This document shows, piece by piece, positions 29,734 through 38,480 of a DNA stretch of 64,000 nucleotides. Each line of letters begins with the position of its first letter. Positions within the stretch are counted from its first letter, which is position 1. The notes under the pieces are model-generated. The model did no database searches, was not told the origin of the DNA, and saw only the letters and a list, made by a program, of their open reading frames with translations. Origin of the DNA: Bacteroidota bacterium (GTDB lineage Bacteria; Bacteroidota; Ignavibacteria; UBA10030). Made by a program: the position numbers and the translations under genes. Location: assembly GCA_040901865.1 (NCBI GenBank), contig JBBDYD010000137.1, positions 13,089-77,088 on the forward strand, given 5' to 3'.

Positions 29734-30420
29734 ATGAAGGCAATAGGAATCGTTCTGTTGATTGTGGTGGTTGGGATTTCGACGATGTTTGCAGGCGACG
29801 TCACCGGAAAGGTCAAATTCGGTGGAACCGCGCCGAAGGCGGCAAGATTGCGAATGGACGCCGATCGGTTCTGCAAGGCCGCCCATAAAGCTCCCGTAAC
29901 AAGCGAGGAAGTAGTTCTGAACAAGAATGGCACGCTAAAAAACGTCCTCGTGTACGTCAAAGGGCCTGTGAGCGGAAAGTTCACAGCTCCAAAGGACAAG
30001 GCACTGTTTGACCAGCAAGGATGTCTCTATCTTCCGCATGTCCTTGGCGTTCAGACTGGGCAGCAGGTGGAAATACGCAATAGTGACAACACGCTCCACA
30101 ACGTGCACACCCAATCGGACAAAAATCCATCATTTAACGCAGGTCAGCCCATTAAGGGTCATAAGCTTACCAAAACGTTTGAAAAAGCCGAGACCTTTCG
30201 CGTAAAGTGTGATGTCCACTCGTGGATGGGTGCTTACATTGGCGTGTTTGACCATCCGTTCTTCGCGGTAACCGGGGATGACGGAAGTTTCACGTTAAAG
30301 GGAGTGCCTGCGGGAGAGTATACCGTTGAGGCGTGGCATGAAAAGTATGGTTTAAAAACCATGAAGGTCACCGTCCCGGCCTCAGGCAAGCAAACGGTGG
30401 ATTTCAGCTACTCCAACTAG
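29734..30420 (+). CDS. Exported cupredoxin (type-1 copper) protein with a C-terminal CarboxypepD_reg-like beta-sandwich
   Basis: Signal/anchor MKAIGIVLLIVVVGISTMFA. Candidate T1Cu ligands HNVH ... CDVHSWM (C-x2-H-x2-M, amicyanin-like spacing). C-terminal GDDGSFTLKGVPAGEYTVEAWHEKYG. Confidence 0.6.
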   Translation: MKAIGIVLLIVVVGISTMFAGDVTGKVKFGGTAPKAARLRMDADRFCKAAHKAPVTSEEVVLNKNGTLKNVLVYVKGPVSGKFTAPKDKALFDQQGCLYLPHVLGVQTGQQVEIRNSDNTLHNVHTQSDKNPSFNAGQPIKGHKLTKTFEKAETFRVKCDVHSWMGAYIGVFDHPFFAVTGDDGSFTLKGVPAGEYTVEAWHEKYGLKTMKVTVPASGKQTVDFSYSN

Positions 30421-30447
30421 CAGCCCACAGCACATAAGGAGCACACA

Positions 30448-32325
30448 GTGCAGAATGTCGCAACGGCGCCGCACCACGGTGAGGCTGCTCACCACGAAGA
30501 GCGCGCAAGTTTTTGGCGAACATATGTCTTCTCGGTCGATCACAAAGTCATCGGCATCCAGTACATGATGACAGGATTGATTTTTCTGTTTCTCGGCTTC
30601 ACACTGATGATGCTGATGCGATGGCAGATTGCCTATCCCACGAAGTCGATTCCGGGAGAATGGTTCACCCTCCTTCCCGGAGCAATTGCGCTAATCTCCA
30701 TAATTGTCGGATTGATAAGCAAACGGAAGCTCACGATTCTCTTCGGGGTTCTCTTTGGCGGAATCGCCTGGCTTGTTTGGTCCATGGTGTCCGACGAGAC
30801 GCTGTTTCCCCAAGGGATTATGCTTCCGGAGCTCTATAACTCCTTTGGCGCTATGCACGGAACCATCATGGTGTTCCTTGGGGTAGTCCCCATTGCAGTC
30901 GGTGGATTTGGCAACTATGTGGTTCCCTTGCAGGTCGGCGCTCCCGATATGGCTTTTCCGAAACTCAATATGATGAGCTACTGGAGCTATTTTGCCGGTG
31001 GCATCGTCATGTTGTCGAGTTTCTTTATTCCCGGAGGCGCGGCAAATTCCGGATGGACATCGTATCCTCCGTTGTCCGATATCGCAACCACCGGACAGAC
31101 TGTTTGGCTCTTCGGAATGGTATTCCTCATCACGTCGTCTCTCCTGGGATCCGTCAACTTCATTGTGACGATCGTCCAACTCAGAGCGAAGGGCCTGACG
31201 TTCATGCGGCTCCCGTTCTTTGTGTGGGCTCAGCTGGTAACTTCGTTTCTCCTTCTTCTTGCGTTTCCACCTCTTGAAGCCGCTGCGGTTCTTCAGTTAA
31301 TGGATCGCCTTGCCGGTACGAGCTTCTTTTTGCCGAGCGGCCTTGTGATCAGCGGACAGGTTCTCGATGTCTCGGGCGGTGGAAGCCCGCTCCTTTGGCA
31401 GCATCTCTTTTGGTTCCTTGCCCATCCGGAGGTGTACGTGCTGATCCTCCCGGCTATGGGAATCATAGCAGAGGTCATTGCCAACAATACAAGGAAGCCG
31501 CTTTGGGGATATCGCTCGCTCGTCTTCGCAGCTGTGTTTCTGGGATTCATGTCGTTTATCGTCTGGGCCCATCATATGTTCATGACAGGAATGGGAACGG
31601 TGATCAGCACGTTCTTTCAAACCACAACGATGATCATCTCCATCCCGTCAGTCATCATTCTGAGCGCTCTGATCATTTCCCTGTGGGGCGGATCAATTCG
31701 CTTTACGGTTCCAATGTTGTTTGCGGTCGCCTTTCTCCCCATGTTTGGTATTGGCGGACTCACGGGGCTTCCTCTCGGACTTGCGCCTACGGACATCCAT
31801 CTTCATGACACCTATTATGTCATCGGCCATTTTCACTATGTCGTGGCTCCTGGTACGATTTTCGCCCTGTTCGCCGGAATCTATTATTGGTACCCAAAAG
31901 CAACGGGAAGGCTGATGAATACCACGTTGGGAAAGATCCATTTCTGGGGTTCTCTTGCGTGTATGAATGGAGTCTTCTTTCCCATGTTAATCCAGGGGCT
32001 GGCTGGGGTTTCCCGGAGGTTATATGACGGCGGCGCCCAATATGCCCATGCACAGAATGTTCTCCAATGGAATGAAGTAATGTCGGTTTCCGCATGGCTT
32101 CTCGCAATTTTTCAATTGCCATTCATCTTCAACTTCTTCTGGAGCCTGAAAAAGGGGAAAGCGGTGGAATCCGACAATCCCTGGGGAGCTACGACACTCG
32201 AATGGCAAACACCAACGCCACCACCGCATGGGAATTTTTTAAAGGTTCCCGAAGTCTTTAGGGGCCCCTATGAATACAGCGTCCCAAATGCTCCGAAAGA
32301 CTTTCTCGCTCAGAACACTCCATAA
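30448..32325 (+). CDS. ctaD: Heme-copper oxidase subunit I (A-type cytochrome c oxidase)
   Basis: GTG start after AAGGAG. GNYVVPLQVGAPDMAFPKLN, AHPEVYVLILPAMG (helix VI Glu), HHMFMTG, HFHYV motifs. Confidence 0.95.
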   Translation: MQNVATAPHHGEAAHHEERASFWRTYVFSVDHKVIGIQYMMTGLIFLFLGFTLMMLMRWQIAYPTKSIPGEWFTLLPGAIALISIIVGLISKRKLTILFGVLFGGIAWLVWSMVSDETLFPQGIMLPELYNSFGAMHGTIMVFLGVVPIAVGGFGNYVVPLQVGAPDMAFPKLNMMSYWSYFAGGIVMLSSFFIPGGAANSGWTSYPPLSDIATTGQTVWLFGMVFLITSSLLGSVNFIVTIVQLRAKGLTFMRLPFFVWAQLVTSFLLLLAFPPLEAAAVLQLMDRLAGTSFFLPSGLVISGQVLDVSGGGSPLLWQHLFWFLAHPEVYVLILPAMGIIAEVIANNTRKPLWGYRSLVFAAVFLGFMSFIVWAHHMFMTGMGTVISTFFQTTTMIISIPSVIILSALIISLWGGSIRFTVPMLFAVAFLPMFGIGGLTGLPLGLAPTDIHLHDTYYVIGHFHYVVAPGTIFALFAGIYYWYPKATGRLMNTTLGKIHFWGSLACMNGVFFPMLIQGLAGVSRRLYDGGAQYAHAQNVLQWNEVMSVSAWLLAIFQLPFIFNFFWSLKKGKAVESDNPWGATTLEWQTPTPPPHGNFLKVPEVFRGPYEYSVPNAPKDFLAQNTP

Positions 32326-32339
32326 TTCCGGATACTTGC

Positions 32340-32930
32340 ATGCAAATTCCTTATACAGTTGCTGCCCGTCCTGACACGGGACTTCACAACTCCAAGCTGG
32401 GTATTTGGCTGTTTCTGGCTTCCGAAGTGATGCTGTTCGGGGCCCTCTTTTCGTCGTACATCCTCTTGCGCGTGGCCGCCCCCGAATGGCCGCATGGATC
32501 ACTGCTTCTGAATGTTCCTCTCGCATTCCTCAACACCGTTATTCTCATCGGATCGAGCGTGACGATGGTTATGTCCTGGGCATCGTTGATGATGAAGGAC
32601 TTTCAGAAGTACCGACGTTACATGGGACTGACAATCCTCTGCGGGTTCGGCTTTTTGATTGTCAAAGGCTTCGAATACACCGCAAAATTCTCTCATGGGA
32701 TCTTCCCGAGTGAGGACCTCTTTTACGCAACCTACTTCACGCTCACAGGGCTGCATGGTCTTCACGTCATCGGTGGGATTATCGTCAATACGTACTTCTG
32801 GGGACCCGGCAGCCGCATGTGGAAAACAGAACCCGAAAGATTCACAAACAGGGTGGAGGTGGCCGGGCTTTATTGGCACTTTGTCGATCTTGTATGGATT
32901 TTCTTGTTTCCCACTCTCTACCTTTTGTAG
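32340..32930 (+). CDS. ctaE: Cytochrome c oxidase subunit III
   Basis: 196 aa, five helices. LASEVMLFGALF, YFTLTGLHGLHVIGG and YWHFVDLVW motifs. Confidence 0.9.
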   Translation: MQIPYTVAARPDTGLHNSKLGIWLFLASEVMLFGALFSSYILLRVAAPEWPHGSLLLNVPLAFLNTVILIGSSVTMVMSWASLMMKDFQKYRRYMGLTILCGFGFLIVKGFEYTAKFSHGIFPSEDLFYATYFTLTGLHGLHVIGGIIVNTYFWGPGSRMWKTEPERFTNRVEVAGLYWHFVDLVWIFLFPTLYLL

Positions 32931-32938
32931 GAGAATCT

Positions 32939-33238
32939 ATGGAACACACCACCACCGAAGATATCAAGAAGCACGTTCGGAGCTACATTCTTGTTTTTGT
33001 TGCGCTTCTTGCTCTCACCGTGATTACAGTCGGAGTATCCTACCTGCACCTCAGCGTTGTGCCGGCGGTCATTCTGGCTCTTATGATTGCATCCATCAAG
33101 GGAGCACTTGTTGCTTCATATTTCATGCACCTGATTTCCGAAAAGAAGCTGGTATACTTCACACTGGTTCTCACCGCCGTATTTCTCATCACGCTCGTGG
33201 CTCTCCCTCTCCTCGGGTACCACGACAACATTGAATAG
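32939..33238 (+). CDS. Cytochrome oxidase small subunit IV (CoxD/CyoD-like)
   Basis: Internal ATG 32939 after GTAGGAG. 99 aa, three helices. HVRSYILVFVALLALTVITV and ALVASYFMHL are typical of the prokaryotic COX4 family. Confidence 0.7.
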   Translation: MEHTTTEDIKKHVRSYILVFVALLALTVITVGVSYLHLSVVPAVILALMIASIKGALVASYFMHLISEKKLVYFTLVLTAVFLITLVALPLLGYHDNIE

Positions 33239-33240
33239 CC

Positions 33241-33447
33241 ATGTCACTGAAATCATTTCATGTTTTCTTTATTTGCGCGTCGATTCTCTTTCTGATCGGA
33301 TTTGGCGCGTGGTTCCTTGTCACTGAGCCTGTATCTGCGAGGGCTATCAACGTTCTGGGAGGCTTGATGTGTTTCAGCCTTGCGGGCGGCATGGGGGTGT
33401 ACGCCGTACGGTTTCTGCAGAAGTTCAAATCTTTGACAAACCAATGA
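33241..33447 (+). CDS. Small two-helix membrane protein, unknown function
   Basis: 68 aa. Starts 3 nt after the subunit IV stop and overlaps the next ORF (ATGA). Hydrophobic segments FFICASILFLIGFGAWFLV and LGGLMCFSLAGGMGVYAV. Confidence 0.4.
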   Translation: MSLKSFHVFFICASILFLIGFGAWFLVTEPVSARAINVLGGLMCFSLAGGMGVYAVRFLQKFKSLTNQ

Positions 33448-33713
33448 ACAAACAACGTCTTCGGCGGATGGCAGCGAGGGCATTTTCGGATGCACTTCTC
33501 CTGATAGTGTTCGTTGAATCCCAGCTTCTGGCCTGCCCTGTATGCTATGGTGACAAAAATTCAGCGGAGGTGGAAGGAGCCCGTTGGGCCATTCTCTTCC
33601 TCTTAGGAGTGACCGGAACTGTCCTCAGCGGCGTTGTGGCCTTTGTGCTGCACGTCCGGCGCCGATCACGAAAGGCCCAGGATGGGACTGTCGATGTAAG
33701 AAGTTCAAACTAG
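33444..33713 (+). CDS. Small membrane protein with a periplasm-facing CxxC
   Basis: 89 aa from internal ATG 33444. N-terminal signal/anchor, ACPVCYGD motif, second helix WAILFLLGVTGTVLSGVVAFVL, basic tail. Confidence 0.4.
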   Translation: MNKQRLRRMAARAFSDALLLIVFVESQLLACPVCYGDKNSAEVEGARWAILFLLGVTGTVLSGVVAFVLHVRRRSRKAQDGTVDVRSSN

Positions 33714-33727
33714 GAGAGTCTTGATCT

Positions 33728-34669
33728 ATGAATGATTTTCTCGGTCTTCCCCTTGACGCTTCGGCTCACGGACCCGAAATCGATGCCATGATGGGAGTCA
33801 TCCATTGGCTGATGTTCGCCCTGTTCATTGGCTGGGGAATATTCTTTACGTATGTGCTCATTCGGTTCCGACGTTCCCGTCAAGCGTCAGCTGATTATGC
33901 AGGCGTGAAAAGCCACACGTCAACGTATCTTGAAATTGGTGTTGCACTCATCGAGGTTGTACTCATCATTGGTTTTGCCATCCCCTTGTGGGCAAAGCGC
34001 GTCAACGAGTTTCCACCCGACAGCGATGCCGTTGTTGTGAGGGTTGTTGCCGAGCAATTTGCCTGGAATGTCCACTACCCCGGCCCCGATGGGTTATTCG
34101 GACCAACAGACATTTCTCTCGTGAGTGCCGATAACCCGGTTGGACTCGACCGCTCCGACCTGGACGCGAAAGACGACATTGTGACAATTAACCAGCTCGT
34201 ACTGCCTGTTGGAAAACCGGTGATTGTACGGCTTAGCTCAAAGGATGTTATCCATTCCTTTGGTGTTCCCTTGCTGCGAGTGAAGCAAGATGTCATTCCG
34301 GGACAAGTCATTCCTGTATGGTTTGAGCCGGTTGAAACCACAGAACAGATTCAGTTGAAACTGGCGAGGCAGTATTCCCTTTACAATTCCATAGTCAATT
34401 TTTCCACCATGGTTGTTATGGAAGAATACGCCGGGAAGGATAGTACGGTGATTGCCCCGAAGGGCACCGTTTTGTTCCCCGATGTTGTCGATCAACTGCT
34501 TCAGGCAGGGTTCACCGAAGTGCTTGCCTCTCCCGAAACGCCAATGGAGATTGCCTGCGCGCAGTTGTGCGGGCTGGGACACTACCGGATGCGGGCATCG
34601 GTGAGTATAAAATCGATGGAGGAGTACCAGGCCTGGCTGGCAGAAGAGGCTTCTTACCTGCAACCGTGA
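33728..34669 (+). CDS. ctaC: Cytochrome c oxidase subunit II (CuA, no fused cytochrome c domain)
   Basis: Two N-terminal helices. CuA ligands DVIHSF ... CAQLCGLGHYRM. AGGAG SD. Confidence 0.85.
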   Translation: MNDFLGLPLDASAHGPEIDAMMGVIHWLMFALFIGWGIFFTYVLIRFRRSRQASADYAGVKSHTSTYLEIGVALIEVVLIIGFAIPLWAKRVNEFPPDSDAVVVRVVAEQFAWNVHYPGPDGLFGPTDISLVSADNPVGLDRSDLDAKDDIVTINQLVLPVGKPVIVRLSSKDVIHSFGVPLLRVKQDVIPGQVIPVWFEPVETTEQIQLKLARQYSLYNSIVNFSTMVVMEEYAGKDSTVIAPKGTVLFPDVVDQLLQAGFTEVLASPETPMEIACAQLCGLGHYRMRASVSIKSMEEYQAWLAEEASYLQP

Positions 34670-34689
34670 ACGATCGTGAGAGGTAGAGG

Positions 34690-34727
34690 AACTGCCTGCC
34701 TTTCCGGAGGGCAGTTTCTTTTTTTTT
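34690..34727 (+). terminator. Intrinsic terminator or attenuator between coxB and ctaA
   Basis: aactgcc ... ggcagtt stem followed by tcttttttttt, located 10 nt before the ctaA ATG. Confidence 0.6.
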
Positions 34728-34736
34728 GAGGATGCG

Positions 34737-35756
34737 ATGAACAAAGCTTTACATCGGTTTGCCGTCGTTACTGCGTGCTGTACCTTCCTGCTCATAGTAG
34801 CAGGCGGAATGGTGACAAGCACGGGATCTGGACTTGCGGTGCCCGATTGGCCCCTGTCGTACGGTCAGATCATGCCACCGATGGTGGGCGGCATCTTCTA
34901 TGAACATGGCCACCGTATGATTGCCTCATTTGTCGGGTTTCTTACGGTGATCCTTGCGTTCTGGCTGTGGAGGAGAGATCCCAGACGGTGGATGCGTGTC
35001 CTTGGGCTCATCGCCCTTACTGCTGTTATCATCCAGGGGATTCTTGGCGGTCTCACCGTACTCTATCTTTTGCCGGTGGCAATTTCCGTAAGCCATGCGG
35101 CCCTGGCGCAATCGTTCTTTTGTCTTACCGCCCTCATTGCACTCTTTACTTCACAATGGTGGTATAAGGCAACTCCTGTTCTTGAGGAATTGACTGCCCG
35201 CCGGGTTTTCCAAGCGAGTGTCCTTCTCGTGATTTCCGTGTTTCTGCAGTTGATTCTCGGGGCCGTGATGCGTCATACAGGCTCCGGGTTGGCAATCCCG
35301 GATGTGCCTTTTGCGTATGGCCAAATTCTGCCATCACTTGCCCCTGAGTCCCTGCAGCAGTATAATGACATCCAGATTAAGACTGATATGCGACTGGTGG
35401 CTGATGGTCCACTTACTGCTTTTCAGGTCGGAGTTCACTTTTTTCACCGCCTCTGGGCCTTGGCTGTTTTCGGGATTGCGATCTTTGCTTTTGTCCGGTT
35501 TCGCTCTGAATCGGGAATACCGGGCAGACTTCGTTTTCTTTCTGGAAGCATCCTATTCCTTGTGTTTGTCCAGATCGCTCTTGGCGTGCTCACCGTGCTG
35601 ACGCGCAAAAATGAAATTATGACGACAGTGCATGTTGCAACAGGGGCCGTCACACTCGTTGTGAGCGTCCTTCTTGTTCTGCATGTTGCGAAACTCGGGG
35701 GTGCGACGCTTTCCCGGTTTCCGTTGATTCGCTTCCGAAAGGAGGCTCTCGTATGA
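34737..35756 (+). CDS. ctaA: Heme A synthase (COX15/CtaA)
   Basis: VAGGMVTSTGSGLAVPDWPLSYG, YEHGHRM and further His-containing helices (FHRLWA, HVATG). Eight predicted helices. Confidence 0.85.
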   Translation: MNKALHRFAVVTACCTFLLIVAGGMVTSTGSGLAVPDWPLSYGQIMPPMVGGIFYEHGHRMIASFVGFLTVILAFWLWRRDPRRWMRVLGLIALTAVIIQGILGGLTVLYLLPVAISVSHAALAQSFFCLTALIALFTSQWWYKATPVLEELTARRVFQASVLLVISVFLQLILGAVMRHTGSGLAIPDVPFAYGQILPSLAPESLQQYNDIQIKTDMRLVADGPLTAFQVGVHFFHRLWALAVFGIAIFAFVRFRSESGIPGRLRFLSGSILFLVFVQIALGVLTVLTRKNEIMTTVHVATGAVTLVVSVLLVLHVAKLGGATLSRFPLIRFRKEALV

Positions 35757-36679
35757 ACGATCAAATCGCTTCGCGCATAAAAGAGCAACCAGCGATGGGG
35801 CGATCTGCAATATTGGATTTTATCGAGTTGATGAAGCCGGAACTCACAGGATTGTCCGTTCTCACTGCCCTCTGCGGGTATTATCTTGGCGCTGTGACGG
35901 TTAACGGCGTGGACTTTTTCCTGACCGGCCTTGGAACCCTTTTGCTTGGAGGGGGAGCGGGAGCATTAAACCAGTATGCCGAGCGCTCGTTTGATCTGCT
36001 GATGAAGCGTACCGAGCGGAGACCTCTGCCCGCAGGACGATTGAACCCTGACCAGGTGCTGTTCTTTGGGATACTCACCAGCACCGTGGGATTGCTCATC
36101 TTGTTCCTTGGCTTGAACGTCCTGACGGGGGTCCTCGGCGTTGCAACATTTGTTCTCTACTTGTTTGTCTACACTCCTCTGAAACGAAAGACCTGGACCG
36201 CCACGCTCGTAGGTGCGATTCCTGGTGCTCTCCCACCCGTGATAGGATGGACAGCAGCCGGTGGATCTTTGGACCTGTCAGCGGGTATCCTTTTTCTTAT
36301 CCTCTTCCTCTGGCAGATTCCTCACTTTCTTTCTCTCGCGTGGATGTATCGCAAAGATTATGCTCGTGCGGGATACAAAATGCTCACGGTCGTCGATGAG
36401 TCCGGTACAAGGGCGGCAATGCAGAGCCTTCTCTATTGTTCTGCCCTGATTCCCGCGGCGCTCGCTATGACTTTCGTTGGCACAACGGGAACGATGTATG
36501 GAATTGGATCCGTCCTCCTTGGTACTGCGTTCCTTCTGTTTGCTGTTCAGTTCCGAAAGTACACGCGCAAGTCATTGGGCGAACAGGTCCTCGTGAATCA
36601 GCATGCGCGTTTACTCTTCTTCGCTTCCCTGATGTACCTGCCAGCGCTCTTTTTTCTCATGACGGTCGATAAGGTGTGA
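35753..36679 (+). CDS. ctaB: Protoheme IX farnesyltransferase (heme O synthase)
   Basis: UbiA-family motifs NQYAERSFDLLMKRTERRPLPAGRL and YRKDYARAGYKML. Confidence 0.93.
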   Translation: MNDQIASRIKEQPAMGRSAILDFIELMKPELTGLSVLTALCGYYLGAVTVNGVDFFLTGLGTLLLGGGAGALNQYAERSFDLLMKRTERRPLPAGRLNPDQVLFFGILTSTVGLLILFLGLNVLTGVLGVATFVLYLFVYTPLKRKTWTATLVGAIPGALPPVIGWTAAGGSLDLSAGILFLILFLWQIPHFLSLAWMYRKDYARAGYKMLTVVDESGTRAAMQSLLYCSALIPAALAMTFVGTTGTMYGIGSVLLGTAFLLFAVQFRKYTRKSLGEQVLVNQHARLLFFASLMYLPALFFLMTVDKV

Positions 36680-37686
36680 AGAAACAACGCCGCCATGTTC
36701 CACAACCTGCATCGAAGCATCGCACCGCGGTCCCGGATCGTCCTGTTGTCAACATCACAAATCTTTCATATTCCTACCCCGGGCAATCAGCCCTCACAGA
36801 TGTCTCTATCTCCGTTTCCACGGGCGAACGTCTCGGTGTCCTCGGACCCAACGGGAGTGGCAAAAGTACGTTGTTCCGGATTCTTTCCACGCTCCTGCTG
36901 CCATCGGAGGGCGGCGTCGAGATCGATGGTATTGACATCTTACAATCTCCGGATGAGGGAAGACGACGCACGGGCATAGTGTTTCAATCCTCCGGCCTGG
37001 ATCCCAAATTGACAGTTGCCGAAAACCTTTCCTTCCATGGCCACTTTTATGGACTTAGCGGAGTCACTTTGGCCAACCGCGTTCATCACCTCCTCCAATC
37101 TTTTGGACTTCTGGAACGGAAGGATCATAGGGTCGAAATTCTCTCGGGGGGGTTACAAAGGCGAGTCGAGCTTGCGCGTGGTTTACTCCATAAGCCTGCC
37201 GTCCTTGTACTCGACGAGCCGTCGACCGGGTTGGATCCGGCGGCTCGGCTGGACTTCTGGCAGTTCCTTTCCCAATCCATGAAAGAAGGAGGGATGACGG
37301 TTCTTCTTACGACTCATCTGCTCGACGAAGCCGAACGCTGCGACCGCGTTGCTATATTGGATCGCGGAAGGATTGTCGTTTCCGGAACACCCGCAGAACT
37401 CAAAGCATCGCTCGGAGGCGACATTGTAGTCATCACCGCGTCAGACCCGCACCGCCTGGCAAAAAGAATCCGCAGGGAGCTACTCATAGACGGAACAGTG
37501 GTTGATCGGGAACTGCATCTCGAGACCAAAGATGGAGCCCGCCTCATTCCGAGACTCGTGAAGACTTTTTCAGCGTCAATGGAAGCCGTTACAATCAGAA
37601 AACCAGGCCTCCAGGATGTCTTTCTTCGCAAGACCGGACACCAACTCGGTGGAACCGAAAACGATGGAGAAGGGGGCCGGGGATGA
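36676..37686 (+). CDS. ABC transporter ATP-binding protein (ABC-2/DrrA/NosF-like)
   Basis: GTGA overlap with ctaB. GPNGSGKSTLFRIL, LSGGLQRRVELARGL, VLVLDEPSTGLD. Confidence 0.88.
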   Translation: MKKQRRHVPQPASKHRTAVPDRPVVNITNLSYSYPGQSALTDVSISVSTGERLGVLGPNGSGKSTLFRILSTLLLPSEGGVEIDGIDILQSPDEGRRRTGIVFQSSGLDPKLTVAENLSFHGHFYGLSGVTLANRVHHLLQSFGLLERKDHRVEILSGGLQRRVELARGLLHKPAVLVLDEPSTGLDPAARLDFWQFLSQSMKEGGMTVLLTTHLLDEAERCDRVAILDRGRIVVSGTPAELKASLGGDIVVITASDPHRLAKRIRRELLIDGTVVDRELHLETKDGARLIPRLVKTFSASMEAVTIRKPGLQDVFLRKTGHQLGGTENDGEGGRG

Positions 37687-38480
37687 ATGCTGCCTTGACG
37701 CTCGTGCGGCGTGAGGTGCTCCGATTTGGCCGACAGCGGAGCAGGATGATCGGGGTGATCGCATCACCCGTCCTGTTTTGGATTGTGATTGGCTCCGGCC
37801 TCAATAATTCGTTCCAGTATCCCGGTGGTCCACAGGACATGAGCTACCTCGAATATTTTTATCCCGGCACCCTGGTGCTTGTGGTTCTCTTCGCGGCGAT
37901 TTTCTCGTCGATATCGATCATCGAGGACCGGAATCAGGGATTTCTTCAGGCGGTTCTTGTCGCTCCCATACCGCGTGTAAGCATTGTCCTCGGAAAAGTC
38001 CTCGGAATCACAGCATTGGCGGTCTTGCAGGCTGGTATATTTCTTCTTGCCGCACCTCTTATCGTTTCGGGAGCAACGGCCGGGTCTCTTCTCCTTACGT
38101 TCCTGGTTCTTATCCTCGTCGCTCTTGGGCTCTCAGCTCTTGGCTTCTTGATCGCATGGTCCATGGATTCCACTCAAGGCTTTCATGCCATCATGAACCT
38201 CCTGCTTGTTCCCATGTGGTTGCTTTCCGGCGCCCTCTTCCCAGTGAGCGGCTCAGCACCTTGGGTCGCCGCGGTTATGAACTGGAATCCATTGATGTAT
38301 GGTGTCTCCGCTACGCGAAAAGCTTTGTACGGCGTCATCCCTGGTGTTAGCACGGAGCTCCCTTCATTTGGTACGTCGATCAGTGTCTTGGTTCTGTTTT
38401 GGATCCTCGTGGTTACATTGGCCGTCTTCAGAGTGCAGAAACGACAACGAAGCTCCAACCCCCGAAAGGCCGTATCATGA
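37683..38480 (+). CDS. ABC-2 type transporter permease
   Basis: ATGA overlap with the ATPase. Six hydrophobic helices, with the usual YLEYFYPG loop after helix 1. Confidence 0.75.
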   Translation: MNAALTLVRREVLRFGRQRSRMIGVIASPVLFWIVIGSGLNNSFQYPGGPQDMSYLEYFYPGTLVLVVLFAAIFSSISIIEDRNQGFLQAVLVAPIPRVSIVLGKVLGITALAVLQAGIFLLAAPLIVSGATAGSLLLTFLVLILVALGLSALGFLIAWSMDSTQGFHAIMNLLLVPMWLLSGALFPVSGSAPWVAAVMNWNPLMYGVSATRKALYGVIPGVSTELPSFGTSISVLVLFWILVVTLAVFRVQKRQRSSNPRKAVS

